Notes: generated by a model from the letters alone, not told the origin. 54,523 nt of DNA from an uncultured Victivallales bacterium (GCA_964542845.1 CAZIVM010000001.1:1-54523), one strand, 5' to 3'. Shown: positions 8,145 to 17,967, counted from the stretch's first letter. Made by a program: numbers and translations.

Positions 8145-9617
8145 TTATTCGTCATCGTGATCTTGTTTGTCTTCATCATTGACATTATCAGGGAGTGCTT
8201 TTGCATCCACTTCTGCGGGAAGTTCTGGGGGGGTAACATTATCTTTTTGTCCCATGGGAATTGTGCTCCAAAGTTTGCCTTCATCATTAGTTATATCGCC
8301 CCCTGTAACAGCATATCCGCCACGTTCGCGTGTCCCTGCGTTGATATTACGGTTAGGGTTACCATCTGCGGTAAAACGGAAATTTTTACATGGGATCCAT
8401 TTGTCGGTTTTGAGTTCGCGCACCCATACGGAGGGGACGGAGGCTTGACGTGGATTTTTGAAACTGTTAAAATCACGTTTGAAGTCTTCAAGAAAACTGT
8501 GTGCGCCTGTCAAAGGGATGTTGGGGCTTTTAGTCGCAAGCGACATCAATTTTTTCCACTCATTCTTTTCGGGGATAAAGAAGTAGGAGGTAAAGACCGT
8601 CCAGCCCGGAAGATATTCGTGGTCGACTTTAACCACAAACTTATAGTTGTGTCCAATTTTCCAATCGTAATTGTAAAAACTTTGGACACCAACGCCTTCG
8701 CCACCAAAACGACGGACTAACATTTCGGGCGCTTCGTATAATATTTTTACTTGGTCATCGGCATGCACCATAAATGGATTGTCGGTATGTGCTGAGTCCC
8801 AAAGCGAGAATAAAATCACTTTGCTTCCGTCTGATTTTTCTTGAATACCAAAGTAACCTCCCGAAAAACCAGCGGTCATAAAATAAGAGCCTGGTGCACT
8901 TTTTTCAATCGTCATTTCCACATAAAGGAGTCGGGCAGGGGGGACTTGGTATGCCATGTGGATAGATGGCGCCATTCGTTCGCCTTTAAGGTGGGCTAGC
9001 GTGGTATTTTTATATGGATAGTTGTTGAGGTCGGTAATCACTACAAGTTCAGCGATAGCGGTGGTTTTACCCCCTGAGATTTCGCTATTGGCTTGGAAGC
9101 GGATATAGCGACCGCGGGTTTCTTTTGGAAGTAAGACAGTTTCGAACTGTTCTTGAACATCGGGCCAAAAGGTACTAACATATTTGCGGAATGAACCACG
9201 TGCAACAGGTTCTTCCCATTTTGTTGAATCGTTACTCACGTAGATGGCATATTGAGAGATGCGCCCTTCTGATTGATAAGGCGGTGGCATATAGAGGAGT
9301 CCGTGAATATCGCGTTCTTCGCCGAGATCGAGGGTAACATAATGGGGGAAGCCCGTCGCACCTGCGCCAACTTGTGTTGACCAAAAAGAGCGCCAATCTC
9401 CATCATTCATATTTGAGAGTGGGTGATGAGGATTTGCGTTTCCGCGTACGTCCACAATTTTAAAGTCTTGTTTAGGATAAGTGGTTGGCCAAGTATTGAG
9501 CGGACGAATCGTGGTGTCCGCATTTGCTTCAACGGGAGCTGTTTGAGCGAAAAGGGCGTTTGCCGAGAAGAGGAGTCCACCCAAAAGGAGAGAGGAGACA
9601 ACATTTTTGAACATCAT
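8145..9617 (-). CDS. Secreted F5/8 type C (discoidin) + DUF3472/DUF5077-like protein
   Basis: Signal peptide MMFKNVVSSLLLGGLLFSANALFA. Discoidin-like DGDWRSFWSTQ..PHYVTLDLGE..ISQYAIYVSND. The C-terminal half resembles DUF3472-type domains. The tail is acidic (NDEDKQDHDDE). Confidence 0.55.
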   Translation of the reverse strand: MMFKNVVSSLLLGGLLFSANALFAQTAPVEANADTTIRPLNTWPTTYPKQDFKIVDVRGNANPHHPLSNMNDGDWRSFWSTQVGAGATGFPHYVTLDLGEERDIHGLLYMPPPYQSEGRISQYAIYVSNDSTKWEEPVARGSFRKYVSTFWPDVQEQFETVLLPKETRGRYIRFQANSEISGGKTTAIAELVVITDLNNYPYKNTTLAHLKGERMAPSIHMAYQVPPARLLYVEMTIEKSAPGSYFMTAGFSGGYFGIQEKSDGSKVILFSLWDSAHTDNPFMVHADDQVKILYEAPEMLVRRFGGEGVGVQSFYNYDWKIGHNYKFVVKVDHEYLPGWTVFTSYFFIPEKNEWKKLMSLATKSPNIPLTGAHSFLEDFKRDFNSFKNPRQASVPSVWVRELKTDKWIPCKNFRFTADGNPNRNINAGTRERGGYAVTGGDITNDEGKLWSTIPMGQKDNVTPPELPAEVDAKALPDNVNDEDKQDHDDE

Positions 9618-9760
9618 AGAGAACCTCGTTCGTTAAAGATTAAAAATTTATCTATACTTTAAAATGCCACAAAAACGGAAAAATACAAATCATATCTTTA
9701 TAAAATGATGAAAAAAGGGTAAATCATAATTTGCGAAGAAGAGATAATAGAAAAATATTT

Positions 9761-9793
9761 AAAAAGAAAAAGGGTTCGTATTGCTACGAACCC
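9761..9793 (-). terminator. Intrinsic terminator after secY
   Basis: Stem GGGTTCGTA/TACGAACCC (9772-9780 and 9785-9793) with a 4-nt loop, followed on the minus strand by a T-rich run (the A/G-rich tract at 9761-9771 on plus). Confidence 0.75.
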
Positions 9794-9813
9794 TGAAGAA
9801 TTATCAACGAATA

Positions 9814-11244
9814 TTACATCGTGAAGTTAGTTTGGCGTCCATGAATGCGACCTGATTTCAAGAAGCCGTCATAGTTACGCATCACTAAGTAAGATTCCAT
9901 TTTGTTCAATGTATCAAGCACAACACCGACACAGATCAACAAACTTGTACCGCCAAAGAATTGAGCGATGTTTTGACCTAAGTTGAGGGGTTCAGCAAGA
10001 ACCATTGGAAGAATCGCTAATGCAGTCAACATAATTGCGCCTGCAAAAGTTAAACGACTCATTGTGGAATCGAGGAAGTCAGCCGTAGGTTTCCCTGGGC
10101 GAATTCCGGGGATGTAGGAACCATCACGTTTCAAACTATCTGACACTTTGCCAGGATTAAATGTATTCGCTACCCAGAAGTAGGAAAAGATAATAATCAT
10201 AGCAGCATAAATGCACATATATGTTTTTGAACTGTGATTGAAGTAACTCATAATCACCCCTAATGTCTCTTGCGTCTCAGGATTTTGAACTGATTTAGCA
10301 AGCATTTGAAGAACAACTGCAGGGATTTGAAGTAATGCAGAACCAAAGATGATTGGCATCACACCTGAGAAGTTGACCTTCAACGGGAGATAAGTTGTTG
10401 TTCCAGTCGCGCCACGTCCTGTACCCATAATTTTACGAGCCATTTGGATAGGCACTTGACGTGTTCCTTGGGTTAACATAACAGTAAACGCTGCAATCAC
10501 TACAAATCCTAAGCAAAGGATTAACAAGGTTGCAGGGCTCATTTGTGCAGCCCCAGGAGTTGTAACACGTCCATAGAGTTCGTATAATGCCGTTGGGAAA
10601 CGAGCTAAGATACCAATGGTAATAATCAAAGATGCACCATTGCCAAGTCCTTTTTCTGTAATGCGATCGCCCAACCAAACCATAATCATACTACCTGCGG
10701 CAAGTACGAGGGTGGTTAAACCGATAAATACATACTCAGACATGGGATCAATTGTTCCCGTAGGATTAAGAATGTTCATCACTAATGAACGATCGGGCGT
10801 TGGTAACCCAATATTACCAGGATTTAAGATCGTCTTCGCTGCGAAAATACCTTGGACTAAACAGATACCCAAAGTTAAATAACGCGTGTACTGACTAATC
10901 TTTTGTTGCCCAGCTTCCCCTTCTCGTTTTAATTTGTCTAACGCAGGAATCGCTGGTGAAACCAACTGAATAATAATTGAGGCCGTGATATAAGGCATAA
11001 TCCCTAACGCTGCAACTGAGAATTGCTCAAGTGCACCACCAGAGAACATGCTAATCATTGAAAGCATCCCACCTAACGCATTGTCCGAAAGTTGATTGTT
11101 GATATAATCGTGGAGGGCAATAGAATCAATCCCAGGACAGGGCACTGCCGCTGCCATACGGGCAAGAATAATAATGCCGGCCGTGAAGACAATTCGAGTA
11201 CGTAACTCTTGTACCTTCCAGCAATTAAGGATTGCTGACCACAT
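9814..11244 (-). CDS. secY: Preprotein translocase subunit SecY
   Basis: 476 aa, multi-TM, with SecY signatures (LGIMPYITASII, GTSLLI..GV..DT). It occupies the canonical position after rplO. Confidence 0.95.
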   Translation of the reverse strand: MWSAILNCWKVQELRTRIVFTAGIIILARMAAAVPCPGIDSIALHDYINNQLSDNALGGMLSMISMFSGGALEQFSVAALGIMPYITASIIIQLVSPAIPALDKLKREGEAGQQKISQYTRYLTLGICLVQGIFAAKTILNPGNIGLPTPDRSLVMNILNPTGTIDPMSEYVFIGLTTLVLAAGSMIMVWLGDRITEKGLGNGASLIITIGILARFPTALYELYGRVTTPGAAQMSPATLLILCLGFVVIAAFTVMLTQGTRQVPIQMARKIMGTGRGATGTTTYLPLKVNFSGVMPIIFGSALLQIPAVVLQMLAKSVQNPETQETLGVIMSYFNHSSKTYMCIYAAMIIIFSYFWVANTFNPGKVSDSLKRDGSYIPGIRPGKPTADFLDSTMSRLTFAGAIMLTALAILPMVLAEPLNLGQNIAQFFGGTSLLICVGVVLDTLNKMESYLVMRNYDGFLKSGRIHGRQTNFTM

Positions 11245-11306
11245 ATAATACCTTCTTTCGTTTTAATTGTGAGATAAATAAGAAGGGAGTCAAAGACTCC
11301 CAAAGC

Positions 11307-11750
11307 TTATTTGACGATTTCACATTTGCCACCGCAAGCTTCAATTTTAGCTTGTGCAGCAGCCGTGAATTTGTTTGCTTTAACTGTGAATGATTTTGTC
11401 AACTCACCGTTAGCAAGGATTTTCAAAGACTTCTTGGCTTTTTGGATCAAACCGCGTTCGCTGAGAATTGCTTCATCAATCACTGCGCCTGATTCAAAGT
11501 TAGCTTCCAAAAGGGATACGTTAACTTCGTGGAATTGCACGGGGTTAAGGCTTTTGAAACCGCGTTTAGGTAAACGACGGAAGAATGTGATTTGTCCCCC
11601 TTCGAAGTGTGGGCGGCTGCTCACACCTGAACGAGAGTGTTGACCTTTGTGGCCGCGACCCGCTGTACCACCATGGCCAGATCCATCCCCACGACCTACG
11701 CGTTTGCGAGGTTGACGAATGATGGTTGGTCCGATATTATGGAGTTCCAT
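11307..11750 (-). CDS. rplO: 50S ribosomal protein L15
   Basis: RKRVGRGDGSGHGGTAGRGHKGQ motif and position in the spc cluster. Confidence 0.95.
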   Translation of the reverse strand: MELHNIGPTIIRQPRKRVGRGDGSGHGGTAGRGHKGQHSRSGVSSRPHFEGGQITFFRRLPKRGFKSLNPVQFHEVNVSLLEANFESGAVIDEAILSERGLIQKAKKSLKILANGELTKSFTVKANKFTAAAQAKIEACGGKCEIVK

Positions 11751-11761
11751 AGTCTATCTCC

Positions 11762-12292
11762 TTATGAGTTGATATTGCGCTTTTCAAAGACTTCTTTGCG
11801 GGTTTTAAGTGTCTCAATCGCAGCAACAGTTGCTTTCACAACGTTCGCAGGATTGTTTGCACCTAATGATTTCGACAAGATGTCGGAAACACCAGCAAGA
11901 CTGAACACAGTACGCATTGCACCCCCTGCGATAACCCCTGTACCAGGAGCTGCAGGACGCATCATCACTTTAGAACCACGGAATTTACCGTTAGCCATGT
12001 GAGGAATAGTACCGTTTTCAAGCGGAATCGTAATTAAATTTTTGCGTGCAAGATCAGATGCTTTTTTGATCGCATTTGATACTTCGCCAGCTTTGCCGTA
12101 GCCATAACCGAATTGACCATGACGGTTTCCGATAACAACCAATGCGCCGAAGCTCATCGTACGTCCACCTTTAACAGTCTTGCTCACGCGGTTCACTGCC
12201 ACAACACGCTCTTCAAATTCAGCAGAGGTCGTTGGAGCGACATCAGCGATCACTTCTGGGGCAGTTTCTGCCATTTTAGCTTTTTCTGACAT
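11762..12292 (-). CDS. rpsE: 30S ribosomal protein S5
   Basis: VNRVSKTVKGGRTMSFGALVVIGN motif. rplO follows only 11 nt after its stop, so no rpmD lies in between. Confidence 0.95.
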   Translation of the reverse strand: MSEKAKMAETAPEVIADVAPTTSAEFEERVVAVNRVSKTVKGGRTMSFGALVVIGNRHGQFGYGYGKAGEVSNAIKKASDLARKNLITIPLENGTIPHMANGKFRGSKVMMRPAAPGTGVIAGGAMRTVFSLAGVSDILSKSLGANNPANVVKATVAAIETLKTRKEVFEKRNINS

Positions 12293-12307
12293 GTTTATCT
12301 CCTCCGA

Positions 12308-12661
12308 TTAGAATTGAAGTCCGTTTTCGCGAGCTGCTTCCGCAATCGCTTTTACGCGACCATGGTAGTTGAATCCCCCGCGGTCAAAGACCACTTTGGT
12401 GATTCCAGCAGCTGTTGCTTTTTCAGCAGCGATTTTACCGAGAATGGCTGCGCCTTCCATGTTGGATTTGCCTGAAAAGGCTTTATCCATTGTAGACGTA
12501 GCGGCGAGGGTGTGTCCTGCATCATCATCGATGAATTGTACATAGATGTGGTTAAGCGAGAGCATAACTGACATTCTTGGACACTCACGTGTGCCTGCCA
12601 CCTTTTTGCGTAAACGCATATGGCGACGTTGGCGATATTGTTTTTTAGTTTTGCATTGCAT
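12308..12661 (-). CDS. rplR: 50S ribosomal protein L18
   Basis: [36 protein letters not shown]. Confidence 0.95.
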   Translation of the reverse strand: MQCKTKKQYRQRRHMRLRKKVAGTRECPRMSVMLSLNHIYVQFIDDDAGHTLAATSTMDKAFSGKSNMEGAAILGKIAAEKATAAGITKVVFDRGGFNYHGRVKAIAEAARENGLQF

Positions 12662-12679
12662 GAGAATTCTCCGTTAAGA

Positions 12680-13216
12680 TTAACCGACGGTTTTACCTTC
12701 CTTCTGACGAACGTTCTCATCCGCATAACGGATCCCTTTGCCTTTGTAAGGCTCTGGTGGACGAACGCGACGAATAGTAGCTGCAATTTCACCTACTTGT
12801 TGTTTGTCAGCGCCTTCGACAGAAATTTTGGTGTTATCAGCGACAGTGACTTTGACTGAGGCAGGGATTTCGATTTCAACTGGGTGTGAATACCCAACGC
12901 TCAAAACAATCTTTGTGCCTTGAACTGCTGCACGATAACCGATACCAACAATCGTTAAGTCTTTCTTATAACCGCTCGTTACTCCCACAACCATGTTGTT
13001 CACAAGGCTGCGAACCAATCCGTGGAAAGCACGGTCTTTACGACCTTCACCACGACGGTTAACGACGATTTCTTCGGGTTGAATATTAACATCAACAATT
13101 GCAGGAACTTTCAAAGTTAAGGTTCCGTTAGAACCTTTAACTTCAAGAATTTCGTTCGCTAATGTTGCTGTTACGCCCTTTGGAAGAGCGATAGGTTTTT
13201 TACCAATACGTGACAT
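12680..13216 (-). CDS. rplF: 50S ribosomal protein L6
   Basis: MSRIGKKPIALPKGV...GYSHPVE...PEPYKGKGIRY. Confidence 0.95.
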   Translation of the reverse strand: MSRIGKKPIALPKGVTATLANEILEVKGSNGTLTLKVPAIVDVNIQPEEIVVNRRGEGRKDRAFHGLVRSLVNNMVVGVTSGYKKDLTIVGIGYRAAVQGTKIVLSVGYSHPVEIEIPASVKVTVADNTKISVEGADKQQVGEIAATIRRVRPPEPYKGKGIRYADENVRQKEGKTVG

Positions 13217-13238
13217 AGTTAAACTTCCTTTCTACGCA

Positions 13239-13631
13239 TTACCATACATAACAAAGCACTTCGCCACCCACATGTTCGCGGCGAGCTTGCTTGTCACTGA
13301 TGATGCCGTTGGGAGTTGAAAGAATCACAATCCCTAATCCGTTACGAACGCGGGGGAGATCAGCGGAACCACAATACACACGGCATGAGGGTTTGCTAAC
13401 GCGGGTGAGACCTTCAATCACGCTTTGGCGGAATTGATACTTAAGCTTAAGGGTAAGCTCGGACTTGACGCAATCTGTTGCAGAAAAATCAGCAATGAAG
13501 CCTTCTTCTTTCAACACTTTTGCAATTGCGGTTTTCATTTTAGATGCAGGCATGCTCACTTCAGGGAGCTCTGCTTTCACTGCATTGCGGATACGTGTAA
13601 GCATATCTGCGATAGGATCTTGCATACTCAT
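13239..13631 (-). CDS. rpsH: 30S ribosomal protein S8
   Basis: The internal ATG at 13631 gives [17 protein letters not shown], the canonical S8 N-terminus. The 24-codon extension of the 13703 ORF overlaps rpsZ. Confidence 0.95.
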   Translation of the reverse strand: MSMQDPIADMLTRIRNAVKAELPEVSMPASKMKTAIAKVLKEEGFIADFSATDCVKSELTLKLKYQFRQSVIEGLTRVSKPSCRVYCGSADLPRVRNGLGIVILSTPNGIISDKQARREHVGGEVLCYVW

Positions 13632-13642
13632 AAAAGTGCTCC

Positions 13643-13828
13643 TTACCAGCTGGATTTGGTTACGCCAGGAATTTGACCCGCTGAAGCAAGTTCGCGGAAA
13701 CAAATACGGCAGAGTTTAAATTTACGGATAAAAGCGCGTGGACGACCGCATTTGGCACAACGATTGTACTCACGTACAGGAAATTTGCCAGGACGACCCG
13801 CTTTGGCGATTAAACTTTTCTTGGCCAT
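13643..13828 (-). CDS. rpsZ: 30S ribosomal protein S14, short zinc-binding (type Z) form
   Basis: 61 aa with CAKCGRP...CRIC zinc-ribbon cysteines. Confidence 0.95.
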   Translation of the reverse strand: MAKKSLIAKAGRPGKFPVREYNRCAKCGRPRAFIRKFKLCRICFRELASAGQIPGVTKSSW

Positions 13829-13840
13829 GATTCACACTCC

Positions 13841-14377
13841 TTAGTGGGCAAATGGCAAGCCAAGCAACTTGAGCAGCTCGCGGGCATGCTCATCACAACT
13901 TGCGCTTGTTACAAAGTTAATGTTCAAACCGAAGTGCGTTTTCAATTTGTCAACGTCTACTTCAGTAAACACAGTGACATCAGGCATCCCCAAGTTGTAG
14001 TTTCCAGAACGGTCGAAACCTGTTTTAGAAATCCCGCGGAAGTCGCGGACACGTGGGAAAGTGTTGTTCACTAAACGTTCGAGGAAGTCATACATGCGTG
14101 GTCCACGAAGAGTAACCATCACACCGTTGTTCATCCCTGCACGTAATTTGAAGTTTGAAACGTTCTTACGTGTTTTGGTGATAACGGGTTGTTGACCTGC
14201 GATCAAGCCCATTTGGAATTTGGCTTCATTAAAGAGATCGCGCTCGTGTTTGTTACCAATACCACAGCTCAAAACGATTTTTTTCAATTTGGGCACTTGC
14301 ATTGGGTTCGCTAATCCTAAAGTCTCTTGGAGTTTAGGATGAATTTCTTTTTTATATTTTTCTGCTAAATAAGTCAT
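13841..14377 (-). CDS. rplE: 50S ribosomal protein L5
   Basis: PKLKKIVLSCGIG...MYDFLERLV..FPRVRDFRG. Confidence 0.95.
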   Translation of the reverse strand: MTYLAEKYKKEIHPKLQETLGLANPMQVPKLKKIVLSCGIGNKHERDLFNEAKFQMGLIAGQQPVITKTRKNVSNFKLRAGMNNGVMVTLRGPRMYDFLERLVNNTFPRVRDFRGISKTGFDRSGNYNLGMPDVTVFTEVDVDKLKTHFGLNINFVTSASCDEHARELLKLLGLPFAH

Positions 14378-14390
14378 CGCTTCACCTCAA

Positions 14391-14648
14391 TTACTTAGCA
14401 TCAGTTGTCTTTTGTACATTTGACACGTGTGTCGAGTACTGACGATCAACTGATCCACCGTTGGGGTTAGCTTGCGTTTTACGCAAGGAGCGTTTGCCAA
14501 GCTTGAGCTCAGCACGAATTTCATCGGAAAACATCACAATGACGCGGTCTTTAGGAATGAAAGCACCAATGGTACCTACTTTACCTTTAGCATCGCCAGT
14601 GATTACTTTCACTTCATCACCTTTTTTAACGTGACATTTGTTACTCAT
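14391..14648 (-). CDS. rplX: 50S ribosomal protein L24
   Basis: [21 protein letters not shown] motif. It abuts rplN. Confidence 0.9.
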   Translation of the reverse strand: MSNKCHVKKGDEVKVITGDAKGKVGTIGAFIPKDRVIVMFSDEIRAELKLGKRSLRKTQANPNGGSVDRQYSTHVSNVQKTTDAK

Positions 14649-15013
14649 TATAACACCTCCGGTGCCAACGAGACGATCTTCATAAAGTTCTTCTCGCGTA
14701 ACTCACGTGCAACAGGTCCGAAAATACGGGTTCCACGTGGGTTATTATCTTTATCAATAATAACGGCAGCGTTTTTGTCAAAACGTAAGTAAGAACCGTC
14801 AGCACGACGAATTTTCGCGGCTGTTCTTACGATAACGGCTTTAACAACTTCGCCCTTTTTCACGGTTCCATTAGGAATCGCTTCTTTCACAGTGGCTGTG
14901 ACAATATCACCAATACCAGCAATAACTTTTTGCTGACCAAGCACAGTAATACATACAATGCGCTTTGCTCCGGAGTTGTCGGCCACTTCCATGCCAGATT
15001 GCATTTGGATCAT
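14648..15013 (-). CDS. rplN: 50S ribosomal protein L14
   Basis: [17 protein letters not shown]...[10 protein letters not shown]. Confidence 0.95.
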   Translation of the reverse strand: MIQMQSGMEVADNSGAKRIVCITVLGQQKVIAGIGDIVTATVKEAIPNGTVKKGEVVKAVIVRTAAKIRRADGSYLRFDKNAAVIIDKDNNPRGTRIFGPVARELREKNFMKIVSLAPEVL

Positions 15014-15027
15014 AGCTAGTCTCCTGG

Positions 15028-15303
15028 TTATTCAGCGTGGCTGATGATTTCGAGTAAGCGCCAGCATTTGAGCTTACTTAAGGGGCGGGTTTCAACGATA
15101 CGGACGAAATCGCCCTTTTTCGCTTCATTCTTCTCGTCGTGAGCGTGATATTTTTTAGACACTTTCACAACTTTTTTATACATCGGGTGGGGTGTACGAC
15201 GGTTCACTTGGACCACGATTGTTTTATCTTGACAATCGCTCACCACAGTACCAGTACGTTCTTTACGCGCACCACGAGTGATTTTTGGGGTTACTTCAGA
15301 CAT
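15028..15303 (-). CDS. rpsQ: 30S ribosomal protein S17
   Basis: [30 protein letters not shown]. Confidence 0.95.
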   Translation of the reverse strand: MSEVTPKITRGARKERTGTVVSDCQDKTIVVQVNRRTPHPMYKKVVKVSKKYHAHDEKNEAKKGDFVRIVETRPLSKLKCWRLLEIISHAE

Positions 15304-15320
15304 GATTATGCTCCTGCGCT

Positions 15321-15515
15321 TTATGCTTTCGCTGCGCGTTTAGCTTGTTCAGTTAAGATACGAGCGATCGTCACACGAACGTTTTTAGGGCGGGCAGTAT
15401 TTTGGAGTTGTCCAGTACGGCCTTGGATACGTAATGTGAAACTTTCACGGCGCAAGTCGGCTAACATCAAGCTCAACTCTGCATCTGTTTTTTCACGAAT
15501 AAGACTGTTTTTCAT
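15321..15515 (-). CDS. rpmC: 50S ribosomal protein L29
   Basis: 64 aa with an L29-type helical hairpin (LREKTDAEL...LRRESFTLR). Confidence 0.9.
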   Translation of the reverse strand: MKNSLIREKTDAELSLMLADLRRESFTLRIQGRTGQLQNTARPKNVRVTIARILTEQAKRAAKA

Positions 15516-15526
15516 ATTTCGACTCC

Positions 15527-15946
15527 TTATTCTGCTTCCGTACGACTCAAGAACTTACAGCGTAAGGGTAATTTCTGTGATGCACGAGCCATAGCTTCAC
15601 GTGCAACTTGTTCTGAGCATCCGGTGACTTCAAATAACATACAACCTGGTTTAACAGGTGCATGCCAACCTTCAACGTTACCTTTACCTTTACCCATACG
15701 AACTTCGAGGGGCTTAGCAGTAAATGGTTTCCATGGGAATACGCGGATCCATACTTTTCCGCGACGTTTCAAGTGACGGTTAATGGCGATACGTGCCGCT
15801 TCAATTTGGTTGCCTGTCAAGTAAGCGCGATCGACTGATTGGAGACCGAAGTCACCAAAGTCAAGCTTGTTGTTCTTGTGGGCAAGACCAGCGTTATTTC
15901 CGCGTTGAAGCTTTCTGTACTTTGTTCTTTTTGGCATCAATGGCAT
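15527..15946 (-). CDS. rplP: 50S ribosomal protein L16
   Basis: MPLMPKRTKYRK...RMGKGKG. AGGAG lies 8 nt upstream of the ATG at 15946, and an alternative ATG is at 15937. The start lies inside the 3' end of rpsC. Confidence 0.95.
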   Translation of the reverse strand: MPLMPKRTKYRKLQRGNNAGLAHKNNKLDFGDFGLQSVDRAYLTGNQIEAARIAINRHLKRRGKVWIRVFPWKPFTAKPLEVRMGKGKGNVEGWHAPVKPGCMLFEVTGCSEQVAREAMARASQKLPLRCKFLSRTEAE

Positions 15947-16583
15947 GATTTTTCTCCTGGCCTTCTTTGTTGCAGATCCAAACTTTTACACCGATTTTTC
16001 CAACCGTTGTATTCGCTTCGGCAAATCCGTAATCGATATTCGCACGCAATGTGTGTAATGGCGTACGACCTTCTTTATATTGTTCAACGCGCGCAAGTTC
16101 TGCTCCGCCGAGACGGCCAGCACAACGCACTTTGATTCCTTCAGCACCCATATCCATCGCAGATTGGATAGCGCGTTTCATTGCGCGACGGAATCCAATA
16201 CGACGTTCGAGTTGCATTGCAATGCTCTCAGCTGCAAGCTGTGCATTGATCTCAGGACGTTTAACTTCAACAACATCTACGAGCACTTCTTTTGAAGGTG
16301 CAATCTTAGCAACAACTGCTTTGATCTTTTCGAGTTCTGCACCTTTTTTACCGACTAATACGGCAGGACGTGCTGCGTAAATAGTTACGCGAACGCGGTT
16401 TGATGAACGCTCAAGTTGAACGCGTGCAATCGATGCTTGATTGAAGTCTTTTTTGATAGCTTCACGAATCTTAAGATCCTCATGTAACCATTCGCCAAAG
16501 GCAGGTTTACGTGCGAACCATTTTGATTCCCAGTTTTTTGTCAACGCGATGCGAAGACCAATTGGATTGACTTTTTGTCCCAT
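15894..16583 (-). CDS. rpsC: 30S ribosomal protein S3 with a Lys-rich C-terminal extension
   Basis: MGQKVNPIGLRI..KH-domain..GRLGGAE. The stop at 15894 is 53 nt past the rplP start. Confidence 0.95.
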   Translation of the reverse strand: MGQKVNPIGLRIALTKNWESKWFARKPAFGEWLHEDLKIREAIKKDFNQASIARVQLERSSNRVRVTIYAARPAVLVGKKGAELEKIKAVVAKIAPSKEVLVDVVEVKRPEINAQLAAESIAMQLERRIGFRRAMKRAIQSAMDMGAEGIKVRCAGRLGGAELARVEQYKEGRTPLHTLRANIDYGFAEANTTVGKIGVKVWICNKEGQEKNHAIDAKKNKVQKASTRK

Positions 16584-16593
16584 CGTTGACTCC

Positions 16594-16929
16594 TTACTTT
16601 CCGTCTGTGATAATCACAGTGAAGTGACTTGTTCTTTTACGAATGCGCCCTGCTGAACCGCGGGCTTTGGGACGAAAACGACGAATGATTGGGCCCGGAC
16701 CAACCGATGCTTCTTTCACAGTCATAACCACAGGGTTAAGATCGTGATTGTTTTGTGCATTGGCTGCTGCGCTGCGAAGTGTATTTGCGAAAATAAGACC
16801 TGCTTTACGAGGTGTTAATTCAGCAATCGCAATCGCTTCTGCTACAGGTTTTCCCTGTAACAAACGGGCAACTTGTCTCGCCTTTTCGGGCGGGATTCTT
16901 ACAAATTTTGTAATTGCCTGTACTTCCAT
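16594..16929 (-). CDS. rplV: 50S ribosomal protein L22
   Basis: ARQVARLLQGKPVAEAIAI...RFRPKARGSAGRIRKRTSH. Confidence 0.95.
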   Translation of the reverse strand: MEVQAITKFVRIPPEKARQVARLLQGKPVAEAIAIAELTPRKAGLIFANTLRSAAANAQNNHDLNPVVMTVKEASVGPGPIIRRFRPKARGSAGRIRKRTSHFTVIITDGK

Positions 16930-16938
16930 GTTTTTTAC

Positions 16939-17778
16939 TCACTTGGTTAATTTTTTTCTTCCGGCGGTAACCGCCATTCCTGGTACGATAGTCCGCCAGT
17001 CGCCTTGCTTTAATATTGCTGCCGCGATGTCGGCTCTGACCTCAATAACGAATAATTCCGTTACATTGGCTCCATCTTCAATCCACATTGACATGCCAGG
17101 CGTTATGCCTTGACGATAACCATGATTAATCACAATAATTTCAAATTGTGCGTTAATTTCGATTACCTTGCAGTCTTTCGACTTTGCTACACGCTCAGGT
17201 GATAGCAAGAGTTCGACTTCACGGGTGGTATTTTTCAACGCGGTGATATTTCCTTTCAAACGTTGCAGTTGCGCAGCATCTGTAGGGACACCGTGTCGAA
17301 CAATCACATCCATTAACTGTACGATTCGATTTGAAGCGATACAAAGTTTACGACTTTTCTGACTCAATTCGCCATAAGCGTGTAGAGTAGGATCAATCGT
17401 ATTTGCACTATCTTGAGTTGTAGAACCGTTCCCGAACAGAGTTGCAATCCTCATTTGCAATCCACGGCATCTTTCCTCTAGAATCGTATTTTGTCGATGT
17501 AGTTCGATGATTTCATTGCGGAGCTCGGTCAGCTCCAACTCTTTTTGGCGTTGATAAACCTTCAAGAGATACTCCGTAGAATCTGAGTTTTGAATTCCAG
17601 AAGAGTCAGCACCATGGAGGGTCACAGTCAGGCTGACTCCGTGAGAGCGTTCAGATTCTCTGTCGGAGGTTCCGTCTTCCCCGATAACAATAAAAACCGA
17701 GGTAAGCAGGACTATTAATATACAGCCTGTTATCCACTTTTTCAAGTTTAAATTTAATTTTTTTTGATTTTTTTTCAT
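16939..17778 (-). CDS. Hypothetical membrane-anchored coiled-coil protein. It is the first cistron of the ribosomal operon and has no family assignment.
   Basis: 279 aa. A Lys-rich N-terminus is followed by one TM (WITGCILIVLLTSVFIVI), a heptad-rich segment (YQRQKELELTELRNEIIELHRQNTILEERCRGLQ) and a C-terminal beta-rich module. The stop is 9 nt before the rplV ATG. Confidence 0.6.
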   Translation of the reverse strand: MKKNQKKLNLNLKKWITGCILIVLLTSVFIVIGEDGTSDRESERSHGVSLTVTLHGADSSGIQNSDSTEYLLKVYQRQKELELTELRNEIIELHRQNTILEERCRGLQMRIATLFGNGSTTQDSANTIDPTLHAYGELSQKSRKLCIASNRIVQLMDVIVRHGVPTDAAQLQRLKGNITALKNTTREVELLLSPERVAKSKDCKVIEINAQFEIIVINHGYRQGITPGMSMWIEDGANVTELFVIEVRADIAAAILKQGDWRTIVPGMAVTAGRKKLTK

Positions 17779-17967
17779 CTTTTTTCATCCTTAAATTGCT
17801 TAAAGGTTCTTTTTTGCGGATATTCGACGCTATTTTTGGCTTATTTGTACTTTTTTTAAGTCGTGTTTACAGCCAAATATTCACGTTGTTTGGATCCATT
17901 ATTTCGAGGATTATGCCACAATAAAAAATTTGAGATAACCTATTTGCTTTAACCCACTTATTTATAT

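Noticed and set aside
12352-12792. 146-aa ORF in another frame across rplR/rplF. Similar long alternative-frame or antisense ORFs occur at 11311-11643, 11637-12002, 15139-15594, 16051-16380 and 16748-17113.
   Set aside because: They lie entirely inside strongly recognisable ribosomal protein genes. Their composition is Ser/Arg/Cys-rich, as expected for shadow ORFs, and they have no RBS.
16898-16914. The dyad CTTACAAATTTTGTAAT, resembling the glnN/gltB enhancer dyad.
   Set aside because: It lies within the rplV coding sequence (AITKFVRI). It has a 3-nt rather than 2-nt spacer and shorter arms, and no sigma-54 promoter is nearby. It is probably chance in AT-rich coding DNA.
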